NCBI GenBank assembly: GCA_964035545.1
Contig: OZ037768.1
Location: 14,517,675-14,581,674 of the forward strand
Direction of reading: 5' to 3'
Source: Bugula neritina
Taxonomy: Eukaryota > Animalia > Bryozoa
Length of the DNA: 64,000 nt
Part shown: positions 28,550 to 46,579 of the stretch, in pieces
How the letters are laid out: each line of letters begins with the position of its first letter
Numbering within the stretch: position 1 is the first letter of the stretch
Position numbers and translations under genes: made by a program
Notes under the pieces: generated by a model
Told to the model about the DNA's origin: nothing
What the model saw: only the letters and a program-made list of their open reading frames with translations
Databases searched by the model: none

Positions 28550-31500
28550 TGAAATACACTGTAACACATTGAAATACACTGCAACACATTGAAATATACT
28601 GAAATACATTGTAAGATACTGAAATACACTGCAACATACTGCAACATTAGGAAATATATGGTAACCTACTGAAATATGTTGCAAAATACTGAAATATACT
28701 GTAACATACTAAGACATACTGCAACATACTGAAATTTAATGCAACATACTGAAATATACTGCAACATACTGCAACATACTGAAATACTCTGTAACATACT
28801 GAAATACACTGCAACACACTGAAACCTATTGAAATGTACTGTAACACTTTGAAATACACTGCAAAACAATAAAATATACCGCAACATTCCGAAATATATG
28901 GTAACTTACTGAAATATACTGTAACACATTGAAATATTATACTGCAACAAACCGAAACACACTGCAACACACTAAAGTATACTGTAGCATACCAAAATTT
29001 ACTGTAACATACTGAAACATGCCGCAGCATTTATAATATACTGCAACAGATTGAAATATACTGCAACATACTGAAATATGCTGTAGCATACTGAAATACA
29101 CTGCAACACACTGAAGTATACTGTAATATACAGAAATGTACTGTAACATACTGAAACCTACGTCAACATAATGAAATGTACTGCAACATGCTGAAATATA
29201 CTGCAACATACTGAAATACACAGCGTAACATACTGAACTTCACTGCAACATTCTGAAATACACTGTAACACATTGAAATACACTGCAACACATTGAAATA
29301 TACTGAAATAAATTGTAAGATACTGAAAAACACTGCTACATACTGCAACATAATGAAATATATGGTAACCTACTGAAATATGTTGCAAACTACTGAAATA
29401 TACTGCAACATAATGCAGCATAATGAAAGATACTGCAACATACTGAAATATACTGCAAGATGATGCAACATACTGAAATACACTGTTACATACTGAAATA
29501 CACTGTAACACATTGGAATATACTGCAACATACCAAAATATATGGTAACCTACTGAAATATGTTTCCAGCTACTAAAATATACTGCAACATACTGCAACA
29601 TAATGAAATATACTGCAACAAACTGAAAGATACTGCAACATACTAAATTATACTGTGGCCTACTGAAACACATTGTAGCATTTTGAAATATGATGTAATT
29701 CACCGAAACAAAGTGCAACATACTGAAATTTACCGGAACATACTGGAATAAACTGTGACACACTAAATTATTATTCAACAGACTGAAAGACACCGCAACA
29801 TACTGAAATATACTGAGACACAATGAAATATACTGCAACATACTAAAATAGGCCGCAGCATACTGAAATACAATGCAACACACTGAAGTATACTGTAATA
29901 CACAGATATGTACTGTCCTATACTGAAATATACTGCAACATACTGAAATACACTGTAACATACTGAATTACACTGCAACACACTGAAGTAAACTGTAATA
30001 TACAGTAATGTACTGTAAAATACTGAAATACACTGCAACATACTGAAATATATGGTAATCTACTGAAAATTGTTACAAACTACCGAACAATACTTCAAAA
30101 TACTGAAATATACATAAAAATATAGAATTATACTGAAATACACTGTAACATACTGAAATACACTGTAACATATTGAAATACACTGCAACACATTGAATTA
30201 TACCGCAACATACCGAAATACTCTGCATCACACTGAAGTATACTGTAATATACAGAAATGTATTGTAACACGCTGAAACATGCAGCAACATACTGAAATA
30301 TACTGCAACACATTGAAGTATACAGAAACATACTGAAATATGCTGTGGCATACTGAAATACACTGCTAGACACTGAAGTATACTGTAATATACAGAAATG
30401 TACTGTAACATACTGAAACGTACGGCGACATACTGAAATGTACTGCAACATACTGAAATACACCGAAACAAACTGAATATATGGTAACCTAACGAAATAT
30501 GTTGCAAACTACTAAAATATACTGAAAGTCACCAACAAATATTGCAACTGTGCAACATAATGGAATATATGGCAAAAACACTGGAATATACTGCAACAAC
30601 CTAAGAGATACTGCAAAATACTGCAACATACTGAAATACACTGTAACATACAGAATTACACTGCAACATACTGCAACATACTGAAATACACTGTAACATA
30701 GTGAAATACACTGCAACACATTGAAATATACTGAAATACATAGTAAGATTTTGAAATACACTGCAACATACTGCAATATTAGGAAATATATGGTAACCTA
30801 CTGAAATATGTTGCAAAATACTGAAATATACTGTAACATATTAAGACATACTGCAACATACTGAAATATAATGCAACATACTGAAATATACTGCAACATA
30901 CTGCAACATACTGAAATACTCTGTAACATACTGAAATACACTGCAACACACTGAAACCTATTGAAATGTACTGTAACATATTGAAATACGCTGCAACATA
31001 CTGCAAAATGCTGAAATACACTGTAACATTTTGAAATACACTGCAAAACATTAAAATATACCGCAACATACCGAAATATATGGTAACCTACTGAAATATA
31101 CTGTAACACCTTGAAATATTATACTGCAACAAACTGAAACACACTGCAACACACTAAAGTATACTGTAACAAACAAAAATTTCCTGTAACATACTGAAAC
31201 ATGCCGCAGCATTTATAATATACTGCAACACATTGAAATAGACTGCAACATACTGAAATGTGCTGTAGCATACTGAAATACACTGCAACACACTGAAGTA
31301 TACTGTAATATACAGAAATGTACTAGAAAACCCTGAAATATATTTCAACATACTAAAAACTACCTAAAAACATTGAAACATACTGAAATACACTGTAACA
31401 TACTGAAATACACTGCAACACATTGGAATATACTGCAACATACCGAAATATATGGTAACGTACCGAAATATGTTACAAACTACTGAAACATACTGCAACA

Positions 31501-34500
31501 TACTGCAACATAATCAAATATACTGCAACATACTGAAAGATACTGCAACATACTGCAACATACTGAAATACACTGTAACATACGGAATTACACTGCAACA
31601 TACTGCAACATACTGAAATACACTGTAACATAGTGAAATACACTGCAACACATTGAAATATACTGCAACATACCGAAGTATATGATAACCTACTGAAATA
31701 TGTTGCAAACCACTGAAACATACTGCAACATACTGCAACAAAAAGAAATATACTGTAACACACTGAAACATACTGCAAAATACTGAAATATACCTTAACA
31801 TACTAAAACATACTGCGACATACTGAAATATAATACAACATACTGAATTACACTGCAACATACTGAAATAAACTTCAACATACTGAAATATACCTAAAAA
31901 TATTGGAACATACTGAAATACACTGTGAGATACTGAAATACACTGCAACACATTGGAATATACTGCAACATACCAAAAAATATGGTAACCTACTGAAATA
32001 TGTTACAAACTACTGAAACATACTGCAACATACTGCAACATACTGAAACATACGGCAACATACTGAAATATACTGTGAGACAATGAAATATACTGCAACA
32101 TACTGAAATATGCTGTAGCACACTGAAATACACCGCAACACACTGAAGTGTACTGTAATATACAAAAATGTACTGTAACATACGGAAACCTACGTCAACA
32201 TGCTGAAATATACTGCAACATACTGAAATACACACCGTAACATACTGAACTCCACTGCAACATTCTGAAATACACTGTAACACATTGAAATACACTGCAA
32301 CACATTGAAATATACTGAAATACATTGTAAGATACTGAAATACACTGCAACATACTGCAACATTAGGAAATATATGGTAACCTACTGAAATATGTTGCAA
32401 AATACTGAAATATACTGTAACATACTAAGACATACTGCAACATACTGAAATTTAATGCAACATACTGAAATATACTGCAACATACTGCAACATACTGAAA
32501 TACTCTGTAACATACTGAAATACACTGCAACACACTGAAACCTATTGAAATGTACTGTAACACTTTGAAATACACTGCAAAACAATAAAATATACCGCAA
32601 CATTCCGAAATATATGGTAACTTACTGAAATATACTGTAACACATTGAAATATTATACTGCAACAAACCGAAACACACTGCAACACACTAAAGTATACTG
32701 TAGCATACAAAAATTTACTGTAACATACTGAAACATGCCGCAGCATTTATAATATACTGCAACAGATTGAAATATACTGCAACATACTGAAATATGCTGT
32801 AGCATACTGAAATACACTGCAACACACTGAAGTATACTGTAATATACAGAAATGTACTGTAACATACTGAAACCTACGTCAACATAATGAAATGTACTGC
32901 AACATGCTGAAATATACTGCAACATACTGAAATACACAGCGTAACATACTGAACTTCACTGCAACATTCTGAAATACACTGTAACACATTGAAATACACT
33001 GCAACACATTGAAATATACTGAAATAAATTGTAAGATACTGAAAAACACTGCTACATACTGCAACATAATGAAATATATGGTAACCTACTGAAATATGTT
33101 GCAAACTACTGAAATATACTGCAACATAATGCAGCATAATGAAAGATACTGCAACATACTGAAATATACTGCAAGATGATGCAACATACTGAAATACACT
33201 GTTACATACTGAAATACACTGTAACACATTGGAATATACTGCAACATACCAAAATATATGGTAACCTACTGAAATATGTTTCCAGCTACTAAAATATACT
33301 GCAACATACTGCAACATAATGAAATATACTGCAACAAACTGAAAGATACTGCAACATACTAAATTATACTGTGGCCTACTGAAACACATTGTAGCATTTT
33401 GAAATATGATGTAATTCACCGAAACAAAGTGCAACATACTGAAATTTACCGGAACATACTGGAATAAACTGTGACACACTAAATTATTATTCAACAGACT
33501 GAAAGACACCGCAACATACTGAAATATACTGAGACACAATGAAATATACTGCAACATACTAAAATAGGCCGCAGCATACTGAAATACAATGCAACACACT
33601 GAAGTATACTGTAATACACAGATATGTACTGTCCTATACTGAAATATACTGCAACATACTGAAATACACTGTAACATACTGAATTACACTGCAACACACT
33701 GAAGTAAACTGTAATATACAGTAATGTACTGTAAAATACTGAAATACACTGCAACATACTGAAATATATGGTAATCTACTGAAAATTGTTACAAACTACC
33801 GAACAATACTTCAAAATACTGAAATATACATAAAAATATAGAATTATACTGAAATACACTGTAACATACTGAAATACACTGTAACATATTGAAATACACT
33901 GCAACACATTGAATTATACCGCAACATACCGAAATACTCTGCATCACACTGAAGTATACTGTAATATACAGAAATGTATTGTAACACGCTGAAACATGCA
34001 GCAACATACTGAAATATACTGCAACACATTGAAGTATACAGAAACATACTGAAATATGCTGTGGCATACTGAAATACACTGCTAGACACTGAAGTATACT
34101 GTAATATACAGAAATGTACTGTAACATACTGAAACGTACGGCGACATACTGAAATGTACTGCAACATACTGAAATACACCGAAACAAACTGAATATATGG
34201 TAACCTAACGAAATATGTTGCAAACTACTAAAATATACTGAAAGTCACCAACAAATATTGCAACTGTGCAACATAATGGAATATATGGCAAAAACACTGG
34301 AATATACTGCAACAACCTAAGAGATACTGCAAAATACTGCAACATACTGAAATACACTGTAACATACGGAATTACACTGCAACATACTGCAACATACTGA
34401 AATACACTGTAACATAGTGAAATACACTGCAACACATTGAAATATACTGAAATACATAGTAAGATTTTGAAATACACTGCAACATACTGCAATATTAGGA

Positions 34501-36100
34501 AATATATGGTAACCTACTGAAATATGTTGCAAAATACTGAAATATACTGTAACATATTAAGACATACTGCAACATACTGAAATATAATGCAACATACTGA
34601 AATATACTGCAACATACTGCAACATACTGAAATACTCTGTAACATACTGAAATACACTGCAACACACTGAAACCTATTGAAATGTACTGTAACATATTGA
34701 AATACACTGCAACATACTGCAAAATGCTGAAATACACTGTAACATTTTGAAATACACTGCAAAACATTAAAATATACCGCAACATACCGAAATATATGGT
34801 AACCTACTGAAATATACTGTAACACCTTGAAATATTATACTGCAACAAACTGAAACACACTGCAACACACTAAAGTATACTGTAACAAACAAAAATTTCC
34901 TGTAACATACTGAAACATGCCGCAGCATTTATAATATACTGCAACACATTGAAATAGACTGCAACATACTGAAATGTGCTGTAGCATACTGAAATACACT
35001 GCAACACACTGAAGTATACTGTAATATACAGAAATGTACTAGAAAACCCTGAAATATATTTCAACATACTAAAAACTACCTAAAAACATTGAAACATACT
35101 GAAATACACTGTAACATACTGAAATACACTGCAACACATTGGAATATACTGCAACATACCGAAATATATGGTAACGTACCGAAATATGTTACAAACTACT
35201 GAAACATACTGCAACATACTGCAACATAATCAAAATACTGCAACATACTGAAAGATACTGCAACATACTGCAACATACTGAAATACACTGTAACATACGG
35301 AATTACACTGCAACATACTGCAACATACCGAAATACACTGTAACATAGTGAAATACACTGCAACACATTGAAATATACTGCAACATACCGAAGTATATGA
35401 TAACCTACTGAAATATGTTGCAAACCACTGAAACATACTGCAACATACTGCAACAAAAAGAAATATACTGTAACACACTGAAACATACTGCAAAATACTG
35501 AAATATACCTTAACATACTAAAACATACTGCGACATACTGAAATATAATACAACATACTGAATTACACTGCAACATACTGAAATAAACTTCAACATACTG
35601 AAATATACCTAAAAATATTGGAACATACTGAAATACACTGTGAGATACTGAAATACACTGCAACACATTGGAATATACTGCAACATACCAAAAAATATGG
35701 TAACCTACTGAAATATGTTACAAACTACTGAAACATACTGCAACATACTGCAACATACTGAAACATACGGCAACATACTGAAATATACTGTGAGACAATG
35801 AAATATACTGCAACATACTGAAATATGCTGTAGCACACTGAAATACACCGCAACACACTGAAGTGTACTGTAATATACAGAAATGTACTGTAACATACGG
35901 AAACCTACGTCAACATGCTGAAATATACTGCAACATACTGAAATACACACCGTAACATACTGAACTCTACTGCAACGTTCTGAAATACACTGTAACACAT
36001 TGAAATACACTGCAACACATTGAAATATACTGAAATACATTGTAAGATACTGAAATACACTGCAACATACTGCAACATTAGGAAATATATGGTAACCTAC
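28550..36100. repeat. Tandem duplication, unit 3716 bp, two near-identical copies
   Basis: Offset 3716 (28647/32363, 29158/32874, 30073/33789, 31154/34870), becoming 3715 after a 1-bp deletion near 35233 (31990/35705). Confidence 0.92.
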
Positions 36101-36994
36101 TGAAATATGTTGCAAAAGACTGAAACATACTGTAACATACTAAGACATACTGCAACATACTGAAATATAATGCAACATACTGAAAAATACTGCAACATAC
36201 TGCAACATACTGAATTACTCTGTAACATACTGAAATACACTGCAACACACTGAAACCTATTGAAATGTACTGTAACATTTTGAAATACACTGCAAAACAT
36301 TAAACTATACCGCAACATACTGAAATATATGGTAACCTACTGAAATATACTGTAACACATTGAAATATTATACTGCAACAAACTGAAACACACTGCAACA
36401 CACTAAAGTATACTCTAACATACAAAAACTTACTGTAACATACTGAAACATGCCGCAGCATTTATAATATACTGCAACAGATTGAAATATACTGCACCAT
36501 ACTGAAATATGCTGTAGCATACTGAAATACACTGCAACACACTGAAATATACTGTAATATACCGAATTACACTGCAACATACTGCAACATACTGAAATAC
36601 ACTGTAACATAGTGAAATACACTGCAACACAATGAAATATACTGAAATACATTGTAAGATACTGAAATACACTGCAACATACTGCACCATTAGGAAATAT
36701 ATGGTAACCTACTGAAATATGTTGCAAAATACTGAAACATACTGTAACATACTAAGACATACTGCAACATACTGAAATATGATGCAACATACTGAAATAT
36801 ACTGCAACATACTGCAACATACTGCAACATACTGAAATACTCTGTAACATACTGAAATACACTGCAACACACTGAAACCTATTGAAATGTACTGTAACAT
36901 ATTGAAATACACTGCAACATACTGCAAAATGCTGAAATACACTGTAACATTTTGAAATACACTGCAAAACATTAAAATAAACCGCAACATACCG

Positions 36995-39900
36995 AAATAT
37001 ATGGTAACCTACTGAAATATACTGTAACACATTGAAATATTACACTGCAACAAACTGAAACACACTGCAACACACTAAAGTATACTGTAACATACAAAAA
37101 TTTCCTGTAACATACTGAAACATGTCGCAGCATTTATAATATACTGCAACACATTGAAATAGACTGCAACATACTGAAATGTGCTGTAGCATACTGAAAT
37201 ACACTGCAACACACTGAAGTATACTGTAATATACAGAAATGTACTGTAACATACTGAAACCTACGTCAAGATACTGAAATGTACTGCAACATGCTGAAAT
37301 ATACTGCAACATACCGAAATACACAGCGTAACATACTGAACTTCACTGCAACATTCTGAAATACACTGTAACACATTGAAATACACTGCAACACATTGAA
37401 ATATACTGAAATAAATTGTAAGATACTGAAATACACTGCTACATACTGCAACATAATGAAAGATACTGCAACATACTGAAATATACTGCAAGATAATGCA
37501 ATATACTGAAATACACTGTAACATACTGAAATACACTGTAACACATTGGAATATACTGCAACATACCAAAATATATGGTAACCTACTGAAATATGTTGCC
37601 AGCTAGTGAAATATACTGCAACATACTGCAACATAATGAAATATACTGCAACAAACTGAAAGATACTGCAACATACTAACTTATACTGTGGCCTACTGAA
37701 ACACATTGTAACATTTTGAAATATGATGTAATACACCGAAACAAAGTGCAACATACTGAAATTTACCGGAACATACTGGAATAAACTGTGACACACTAAA
37801 TTATTATGCAACAGACTGAAAGACACCGCAACATACTGAAATATAGTGAGACACAATGAAATATACTGCAACATACTGAAATAGGCCGCAGCATACTGAA
37901 ATACAATGCAACACACTGAAGTATACTGTAATACACAGATATGTACTGTCCTATACTGAAATATACTGCAACATACTGAAATACACCGCAACACACTGAA
38001 GTAAACTGTAATATACAGTAATGTACTGTAAAATACTGAAATACACTGCAACATACTGAAATATATGGTAATCTACTGAAAATTGTTACAAACTACCGAA
38101 CAATACTTCAAAATACTGAAATATACATAAAAATATTGAATTATACTGAAATACACTGTAACATACTGAAATACACTGTAACATATTGAAATACACTGCA
38201 ACACACTGAAATATACCGCAACATACCGAAATACTCTGCGTCACACTGAAGTATACTGTAATATACAGAAATGTATTGTAACACGCTGAAACTTGCAGCA
38301 ACATACTGAAATATACTGCAACACATTGAAGTATACCGCAACATACTGAAATATGCTGTGGCATACTGAAATACACTGCTAGACACTGAAGTATACTGTA
38401 ATATACAGAAATGTACTGTAACATACTGAAACGTACGGCGACATACTGAAATGTACTGCAACATACTGAAATACACCGAAACAAACTGAATATATGGTAA
38501 CCTAACGAAATATGTTGCAAACTACTAAAATATACTGAAAGTCACCAACAAATATTGCAACCGTGCAACATAATGGAATATACGGCAAAAACACTGGAAT
38601 ATACTGCAACAACCTAAGAGATACTGCAAAATACTGCAACATACTGAAATACACTGTGACATACGGAATTACACTGCAACATACTGCAACATACTGAAAT
38701 ACACTGTAACATAGTGAAATACACTGCAACACATTGAAATATACTGAAATACATAAAAAGATTTTGAAATACACTGCAACATACTGCAATATTAGGAAAT
38801 ATATGGTAACCTACTGAAATATGTTGCAAAATACTGAAATATACTGTAACATACTAAGACATACTGCAACATACTGAAATATAATGCAACATACTGAAAT
38901 ATACTGCAACATACTGCAACATACTGAAATACTCTGTAACATACTGAAATACACTGCAACACACTGAAACCTATTGAAATGTACTGTAACATATTGAAAT
39001 ACACTGCAACATACTGCAAAATGCTGAAATACACTGTAACATTTTGAAATACACTGCAAAACATTAAAATATACCGCAACATACCGAAATATATGGTAAC
39101 CTACTGAAATATACTGTAACACCTTGAAATATTATACTGCAACAAACTGAAACACACTGCAACACACTAAAGTATACTGTAACAAACAAAATTTTCCTGT
39201 AACATACTGAAACATGCCGCAGCATTTATAATATACTGCAACACATTGAAATAGACTGCAACATACTGAAATGTGCTGTAGCATACTGAAATACACTGCA
39301 ACACACTGAAGTATACTGTAATATACAGAAATGTACTAGAAAACCCTGAAATATATTTCAACATACTAAAATTCACCTAAAAACATTGAAACATACTGAA
39401 ATACACTGTAACATACTGAAATACACTGCAACACATTGGAATATACTGCAACATACCGAAATATATGGTAACGTACCGAAATATGTTACAAACTACTGAA
39501 ACATACTGCAACATACTGCAACATAATCAAATATACTGCAACATACTGAAAGATACTGCAACATACTGCAACATACTGAAATACACTGTAACATACGGAA
39601 TTACACTGCAACATACTGCAACATACTGAAATACACTGTAACATAGTGAAATACACTGCAACACATTGAAATATACTGCAACATACCGAAGTATATGGTA
39701 ACCTACTGAAATATGTTGCAAACCACTGAAACATACTGCAACATACTGCAACAAAAAGAAATATACTGTAACACACTGAAACATACTGCAAAATACTGAA
39801 ATATACCTTAACATACTAAAACATACTGCGACATACTGAAATATAATACAACATACTGAATTACACTGCAACATACTGAAATAAACTTCAACATACTGAA

Positions 39901-42900
39901 ATATACCTAAAAATATTGGAACATACTGAAATACACTGTGAGATACTGAAATACACTGCAACACATTGGAATATACTGCAACATACCAAAAAATATGGTA
40001 ACCTACTGAAATATGTTACAAACTACTGAAACATACTGCAACATACTGCAACATACTGAAACATACGGCAACATACTGAAATATACTGTGAGACAATGAA
40101 ATATACTGCAACATACTGAAATATGCTGTAGCACACTGAAATACACCGCAACACACTGAAGTGTACTGTAATTTACAGAAATGTACTGTAACATACGGAA
40201 ACCTACGTCAACATGCTGAAATATACTGCAACATACTGAAATACACACCGTAACATACTGAACTCCACTGCAACGTTCTGAAATACACTGTAACACAATG
40301 AAATACACTGCAACACATTGAAATATACTGAAATACATTGTAAGATACTGAAATACACTGCAACATACTGCAACATTAGGAAATATATGGTAACCTACTG
40401 AAATATACTGTAACACATTGAAATATTACACTGCAACAAACTGAAACACACTGCAACACACTAAAGTATACTGTAACATACAAAAATTTCCTGTAACATA
40501 CTGAAACATGTCGCAGCATTTATAATATACTGCAACACATTGAAATAGACTGCAACATACTGAAATGTGCTGTAGCATACTGAAATACACTGCAACACAC
40601 TGAAGTATACTGTAATATACAGAAATGTACTGTAACATACTGAAACCTACGTCAAGATACTGAAATGTACTGCAACATGCTGAAATATACTGCAACATAC
40701 CGAAATACACAGCGTAACATACTGAACTTCACTGCAACATTCTGAAATACACTGTAACACATTGAAATACACTGCAACACATTGAAATATACTGAAATAA
40801 ATTGTAAGATACTGAAATACACTGCTACATACTGCAACATAATGAAAGATACTGCAACATACTGAAATATACTGCAAGATAATGCAATATACTGAAATAC
40901 ACTGTAACATACTGAAATACACTGTAACACATTGGAATATACTGCAACATACCAAAATATACGGTAACCTACTGAAATATGTTGCCAGCTAGTGAAATAT
41001 ACTGCAACATACTGCAACATAATGAAATATACTGCAACAAACTGAAAGATACTGCAACATACTAACTTATACTGTGGCCTACTGAAACACATTGTAACAT
41101 TTTGAAATATGATGTAATACACCGAAACAAAGTGCAACATACTGAAATTTACCGGAACATACTGGAATAAACTGTGACACACTAAATTATTATGCAACAG
41201 ACTGAAAGACACCGCAACATACTGAAATATAGTGAGACACAATGAAATATACTGCAACATACTGAAATAGGCCGCAGCATACTGAAATACAATGCAACAC
41301 ACTGAAGTATACTGTAATACACAGATATGTACTGTCCTATACTGAAATATACTGCAACATACTGAAATACACCGCAACACACTGAAGTAAACTGTAATAT
41401 ACAGTAATGTACTGTAAAATACTGAAATACACTGCAACATACTGAAATATATGGTAATCTACTGAAAATTGTTACAAACTACCGAACAATACTTCAAAAT
41501 ACTGAAATATACATAAAAATATTGAATTATACTGAAATACACTGTAACATACTGAAATACACTGTAACATATTGAAATACACTGCAACACACTGAAATAT
41601 ACCGCAACATACCGAAATACTCTGCGTCACACTGAAGTATACTGTAATATACAGAAATGTATTGTAACACGCTGAAACTTGCAGCAACATACTGAAATAT
41701 ACTGCAACACATTGAAGTATACCGCAACATACTGAAATATGCTGTGGCATACTGAAATACACTGCTAGACACTGAAGTATACTGTAATATACAGAAATGT
41801 ACTGTAACATACTGAAACGTACGGCGACATACTGAAATGTACTGCAACATACTGAAATACACCGAAACAAACTGAATATATGGTAACCTAACGAAATATG
41901 TTGCAAACTACTAAAATATACTGAAAGTCACCAACAAATATTGCAACCGTGCAACATAATGGAATATACGGCAAAAACACTGGAATATACTGCAACAACC
42001 TAAGAGATACTGCAAAATACTGCAACATACTGAAATACACTGTGACATACGGAATTACACTGCAACATACTGCAACATACTGAAATACACTGTAACATAG
42101 TGAAATACACTGCAACACATTGAAATATACTGAAATACATAGTAAGATTTTGAAATACACTGCAACATACTGCAATATTAGGAAATATATGGTAACCTAC
42201 TGAAATATGTTGCAAAATACTGAAATATACTGTAACATACTAAGACATACTGCAACATACTGAAATATAATGCAACATACTGAAATATACTGCAACATAC
42301 TGCAACATACTGAAATACTCTGTAACATACTGAAATACACTGCAACACACTGAAACCTATTGAAATGTACTGTAACATATTGAAATACACTGCAACATAC
42401 TGCAAAATGCTGAAATACACTGTAACATTTTGAAATACACTGCAAAACATTAAAATATACCGCAACATACCGAAATATATGGTAACCTACTGAAATATAC
42501 TGTAACACCTTGAAATATTATACTGCAACAAACTGAAACACACTGCAACACACTAAAGTATACTGTAACAAACAAAATTTTCCTGTAACATACTGAAACA
42601 TGCCGCAGCATTTATAATATACTGCAACACATTGAAATAGACTGCAACATACTGAAATGTGCTGTAGCATACTGAAATACACTGCAACACACTGAAGTAT
42701 ACTGTAATATACAGAAATGTACTAGAAAACCCTGAAATATATTTCAACATACTAAAATTTACCTAAAAACATTGAAACATACTGAAATACACTGTAACAT
42801 ACTGAAATACACTGCAACACATTGGAATATACTGCAACATACCGAAATATATGGTAACGTACCGAAATATGTTACAAACTACTGAAACATACTGCAACAT

Positions 42901-43790
42901 ACTGCAACATAATCAAATATACTGCAACATACTGAAAGATACTGCAACATACTGCAACATACTGAAATACACTGTAACATACGGAATTACACTGCAACAT
43001 ACTGCAACATACTGAAATACACTGTAACATAGTGAAATACACTGCAACACATTGAAATATACTGCAACATACCGAAGTATATGGTAACCTACTGAAATAT
43101 GTTGCAAACCACTGAAACATACTGCAACATACTGCAACAAAAAGAAATATACTGTAACACACTGAAACATACTGCAAAATACTGAAATATACCTTAACAT
43201 ACTAAAACATACTGCGACATACTGAAATATAATACAACATACTGAATTACACTGCAACATACTGAAATAAACTTCAACATACTGAAATATACCTAAAAAT
43301 ATTGGAACATACTGAAATACACTGTGAGATACTGAAATACACTGCAACACATTGGAATATACTGCAACATACCAAAAAATATGGTAACCTACTGAAATAT
43401 GTTACAAACTACTGAAACATACTGCAACATACTGCAACATACTGAAACATACGGCAACATACTGAAATATACTGTGAGACAATGAAATATACTGCAACAT
43501 ACTGAAATATGCTGTAGCACACTGAAATACACCGCAACACACTGAAGTGTACTGTAATTTACAGAAATGTACTGTAACATACGGAAACCTACGTCAACAT
43601 GCTGAAATATACTGCAACATACTGAAATACACACCGTAACATACTGAACTCCACTGCAACGTTCTGAAATACACTGTAACACAATGAAATACACTGCAAC
43701 ACATTGAAATATACTGAAATACATTGTAAGATACTGAAATACACTGCAACATACTGCAACATTAGGAAATATATGGTAACCTACTGAAAT
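36995..43790. repeat. Tandem duplication, unit 3386 bp, two near-identical copies
   Basis: Offset 3386 (37040/40426, 38086/41472, 39527/42913, 40003/43389). Confidence 0.92.
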
Positions 43791-44449
43791 ATGTTGCAAA
43801 AGACTGAAATATACTGTAACATACTAAGACATACTGCAACATACTGAAATATAATGCAACATACTGAAAAATACTGCAACATACTGCAACATACTGAAAT
43901 ACTCTGTAACATACTGAAATACACTGCAACACACTGAAACTTATTGAAATGTACTGTAACATTTTGAAATACACTGCAAAACATTAAAATATACCGCAAC
44001 ATACTGAAATATATGGTAACCTACTGAAATATACTGTAACACGTTGAAATATTATACTGCAACAAACTGAAACACACTGCAACACACTAAAGTATACTCT
44101 AACATACAAAAATTTACTGTAACATACTGAAACATGCCGCAGCATTTATAATATACTGCAACAGATTGAAATATACTGCACCATACTGAAATATGCTGTA
44201 GCATACTGAAATACACTGCAACACACTGAAATATACTGTAATATACAGAAATGTACTGTAAAATACTGAAATATACTTCAACATACTGAAATATACCTAA
44301 AAATGTTGAAACATACTGAAATACACTGTAACATACTGAAATACACTGCAACACATTGGAACATACTGCAACATACCGAAACATATGGTAACCTACTGAA
44401 ATATGACAAACTACTGAAATATACTGCAACATACTGCAACATAATGAAA

Positions 44450-46400
44450 TATACTGCAACATACTGAAAGGTACTGCAACATACTGGATTATACTGTGGC
44501 CTACTGAATCACATTGTAACATTTTGAAATATGATGTAACACACTGAAACATACTGCGACATATTGAAAGTTACCGGAACATACTGGAATAAACAGAGAC
44601 ACGCTAAAATTTTATGCAACATACTGGAAGATACTGCAATATACCGAAGTATACTGTAACATATTGAAATATGCTGTAGCATACTGAACTACACTGCAAC
44701 ATACTGCACCCTACTGAAGTACACTGCAAAACTTTGAAATATACTGCAACATACCGAAATACACTGTAACATATTGAAATACACTGCAACACATTGAAAT
44801 ATACCGCAACATACCGAAATACTCTGCATCACACTGAAGTATACTGTAATATACAGAAATGTACTGTAACATACTGAAACGTACGGCGACATACTGAAAT
44901 ACACCGAAACAAACTGAATATATGGTAACCTAACGAAATATGTTGCAAACGACTAAAATATACTGAAAGTCACCAAAAAAAAATGCAACTGTGCAACATA
45001 ATGGAATATACGGCAAAAACACTGGAATATACTGCAACAACCTAAGAGATACTGCAAAATACTGCAACATACTGAAATACACTGTAACATACTGAAATAC
45101 ACCGAAACAAACTGAATATATGGTAACCTAACGAAATATGTTGCAAACTACTAAAATATACTGAAAGTCACCAAAAAATATTGCAACTGTGCAACATAAT
45201 GGAATATACGGCAAAAACACTGGAATATACTGCAACAACCTAAGAGATACTGCAAAATACTGCAACACACTGAAATACACTGTAACATACGGAATTACAC
45301 TGCAACATACTGCAACATACTGAAATACACTGTAACATAGTGAAATACACTGCAACACATTGAAATATACTGAAATACATTGTAAGATACTGAAATACAC
45401 TGCAACATACTGCAACATTAGGAAATATATGGTAACCTACTGAAATATGTTGCAAAATACTGAAATATACTGTAACATACTAAGACATACTGCAACATAC
45501 TGAAATATGATGCAACATACTGAAATATACTGCAACATACTGAAAGATACTGCAACATACTGGATTATACTGTGGCCTACTGAATCACATTGTAACATTT
45601 TGAAATATGATGTAACACACTGAAACATACTGCGACATACTGAAAGTTACCGGAACATACTGGAATAAACAGAGACACGCTAAAATTTTATGCAACATAC
45701 TGGAAGATACTGCAATATACCGAAGTATACTGTAACATATTGAAATATGCTGTAGCATACTGAACTACACTACAACATACTGCACCCTACTGAAGTACAC
45801 TGCAAAACTTTGAAATATACTGCAACATACCGAAATACACTGTAACATATTGAAATACACTGCAACACATTGAAATATACCGCAACATACCGAAATACTC
45901 TGCATCACACTGAAGTATACTGTAATATACAGAAATGTACTGTAACATACTGAAACGTACGGCGACATACTGAAATACACCGAAAGAAACTGAATATATG
46001 GTAACCTAACGAAATATGTTGCAAACTACTAAAATATACTGAAAGTCACCAAAAAAAAATGCAACTGTGCAACATAATGGAATATACGGCAAAAACACTG
46101 GAATATACTGCAACAACCTAAGAGATACTGCAAAATACTGCAACATACTGAAATACACTGTAACATACGGAATTACACTGCAACATACTGCAACATACTG
46201 AAATACACTGTAACATAGTGAAATACACTGCAACACATTGAAATATACTGAAATACATTGTAAGATACTGAAATACACTGCAACATACTGCAACATTAGG
46301 AAATATATGGTAACCTACTGAAATATGTTGCAAAATACTGAAATATACTGTAACATACTAAGACATACTGCAACATACTGAAATATGATGCAACATACTG
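44450..46400. repeat. Tandem duplication, period 1076 bp (878 bp plus a 198-bp internal duplication in the first copy)
   Basis: TGGATTATACTGTGGCC at 44485 and 45561; ORF offsets 44689/45765 (1076) and 45128/46006 (878). Confidence 0.8.
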
Positions 46401-46579
46401 CAACATACTGCAACATACTGAAATACTCTGTAACATACTGAAATACACTGCAACACACTGAAACCTATTGAAATGTACTGTAACATATTGAAATACACTG
46501 CAACATACTGCAAAATGCTAAAATACACTGTAACATTTTGAAATACACTGCAAAACATTAAAATAAACCGCAACATACC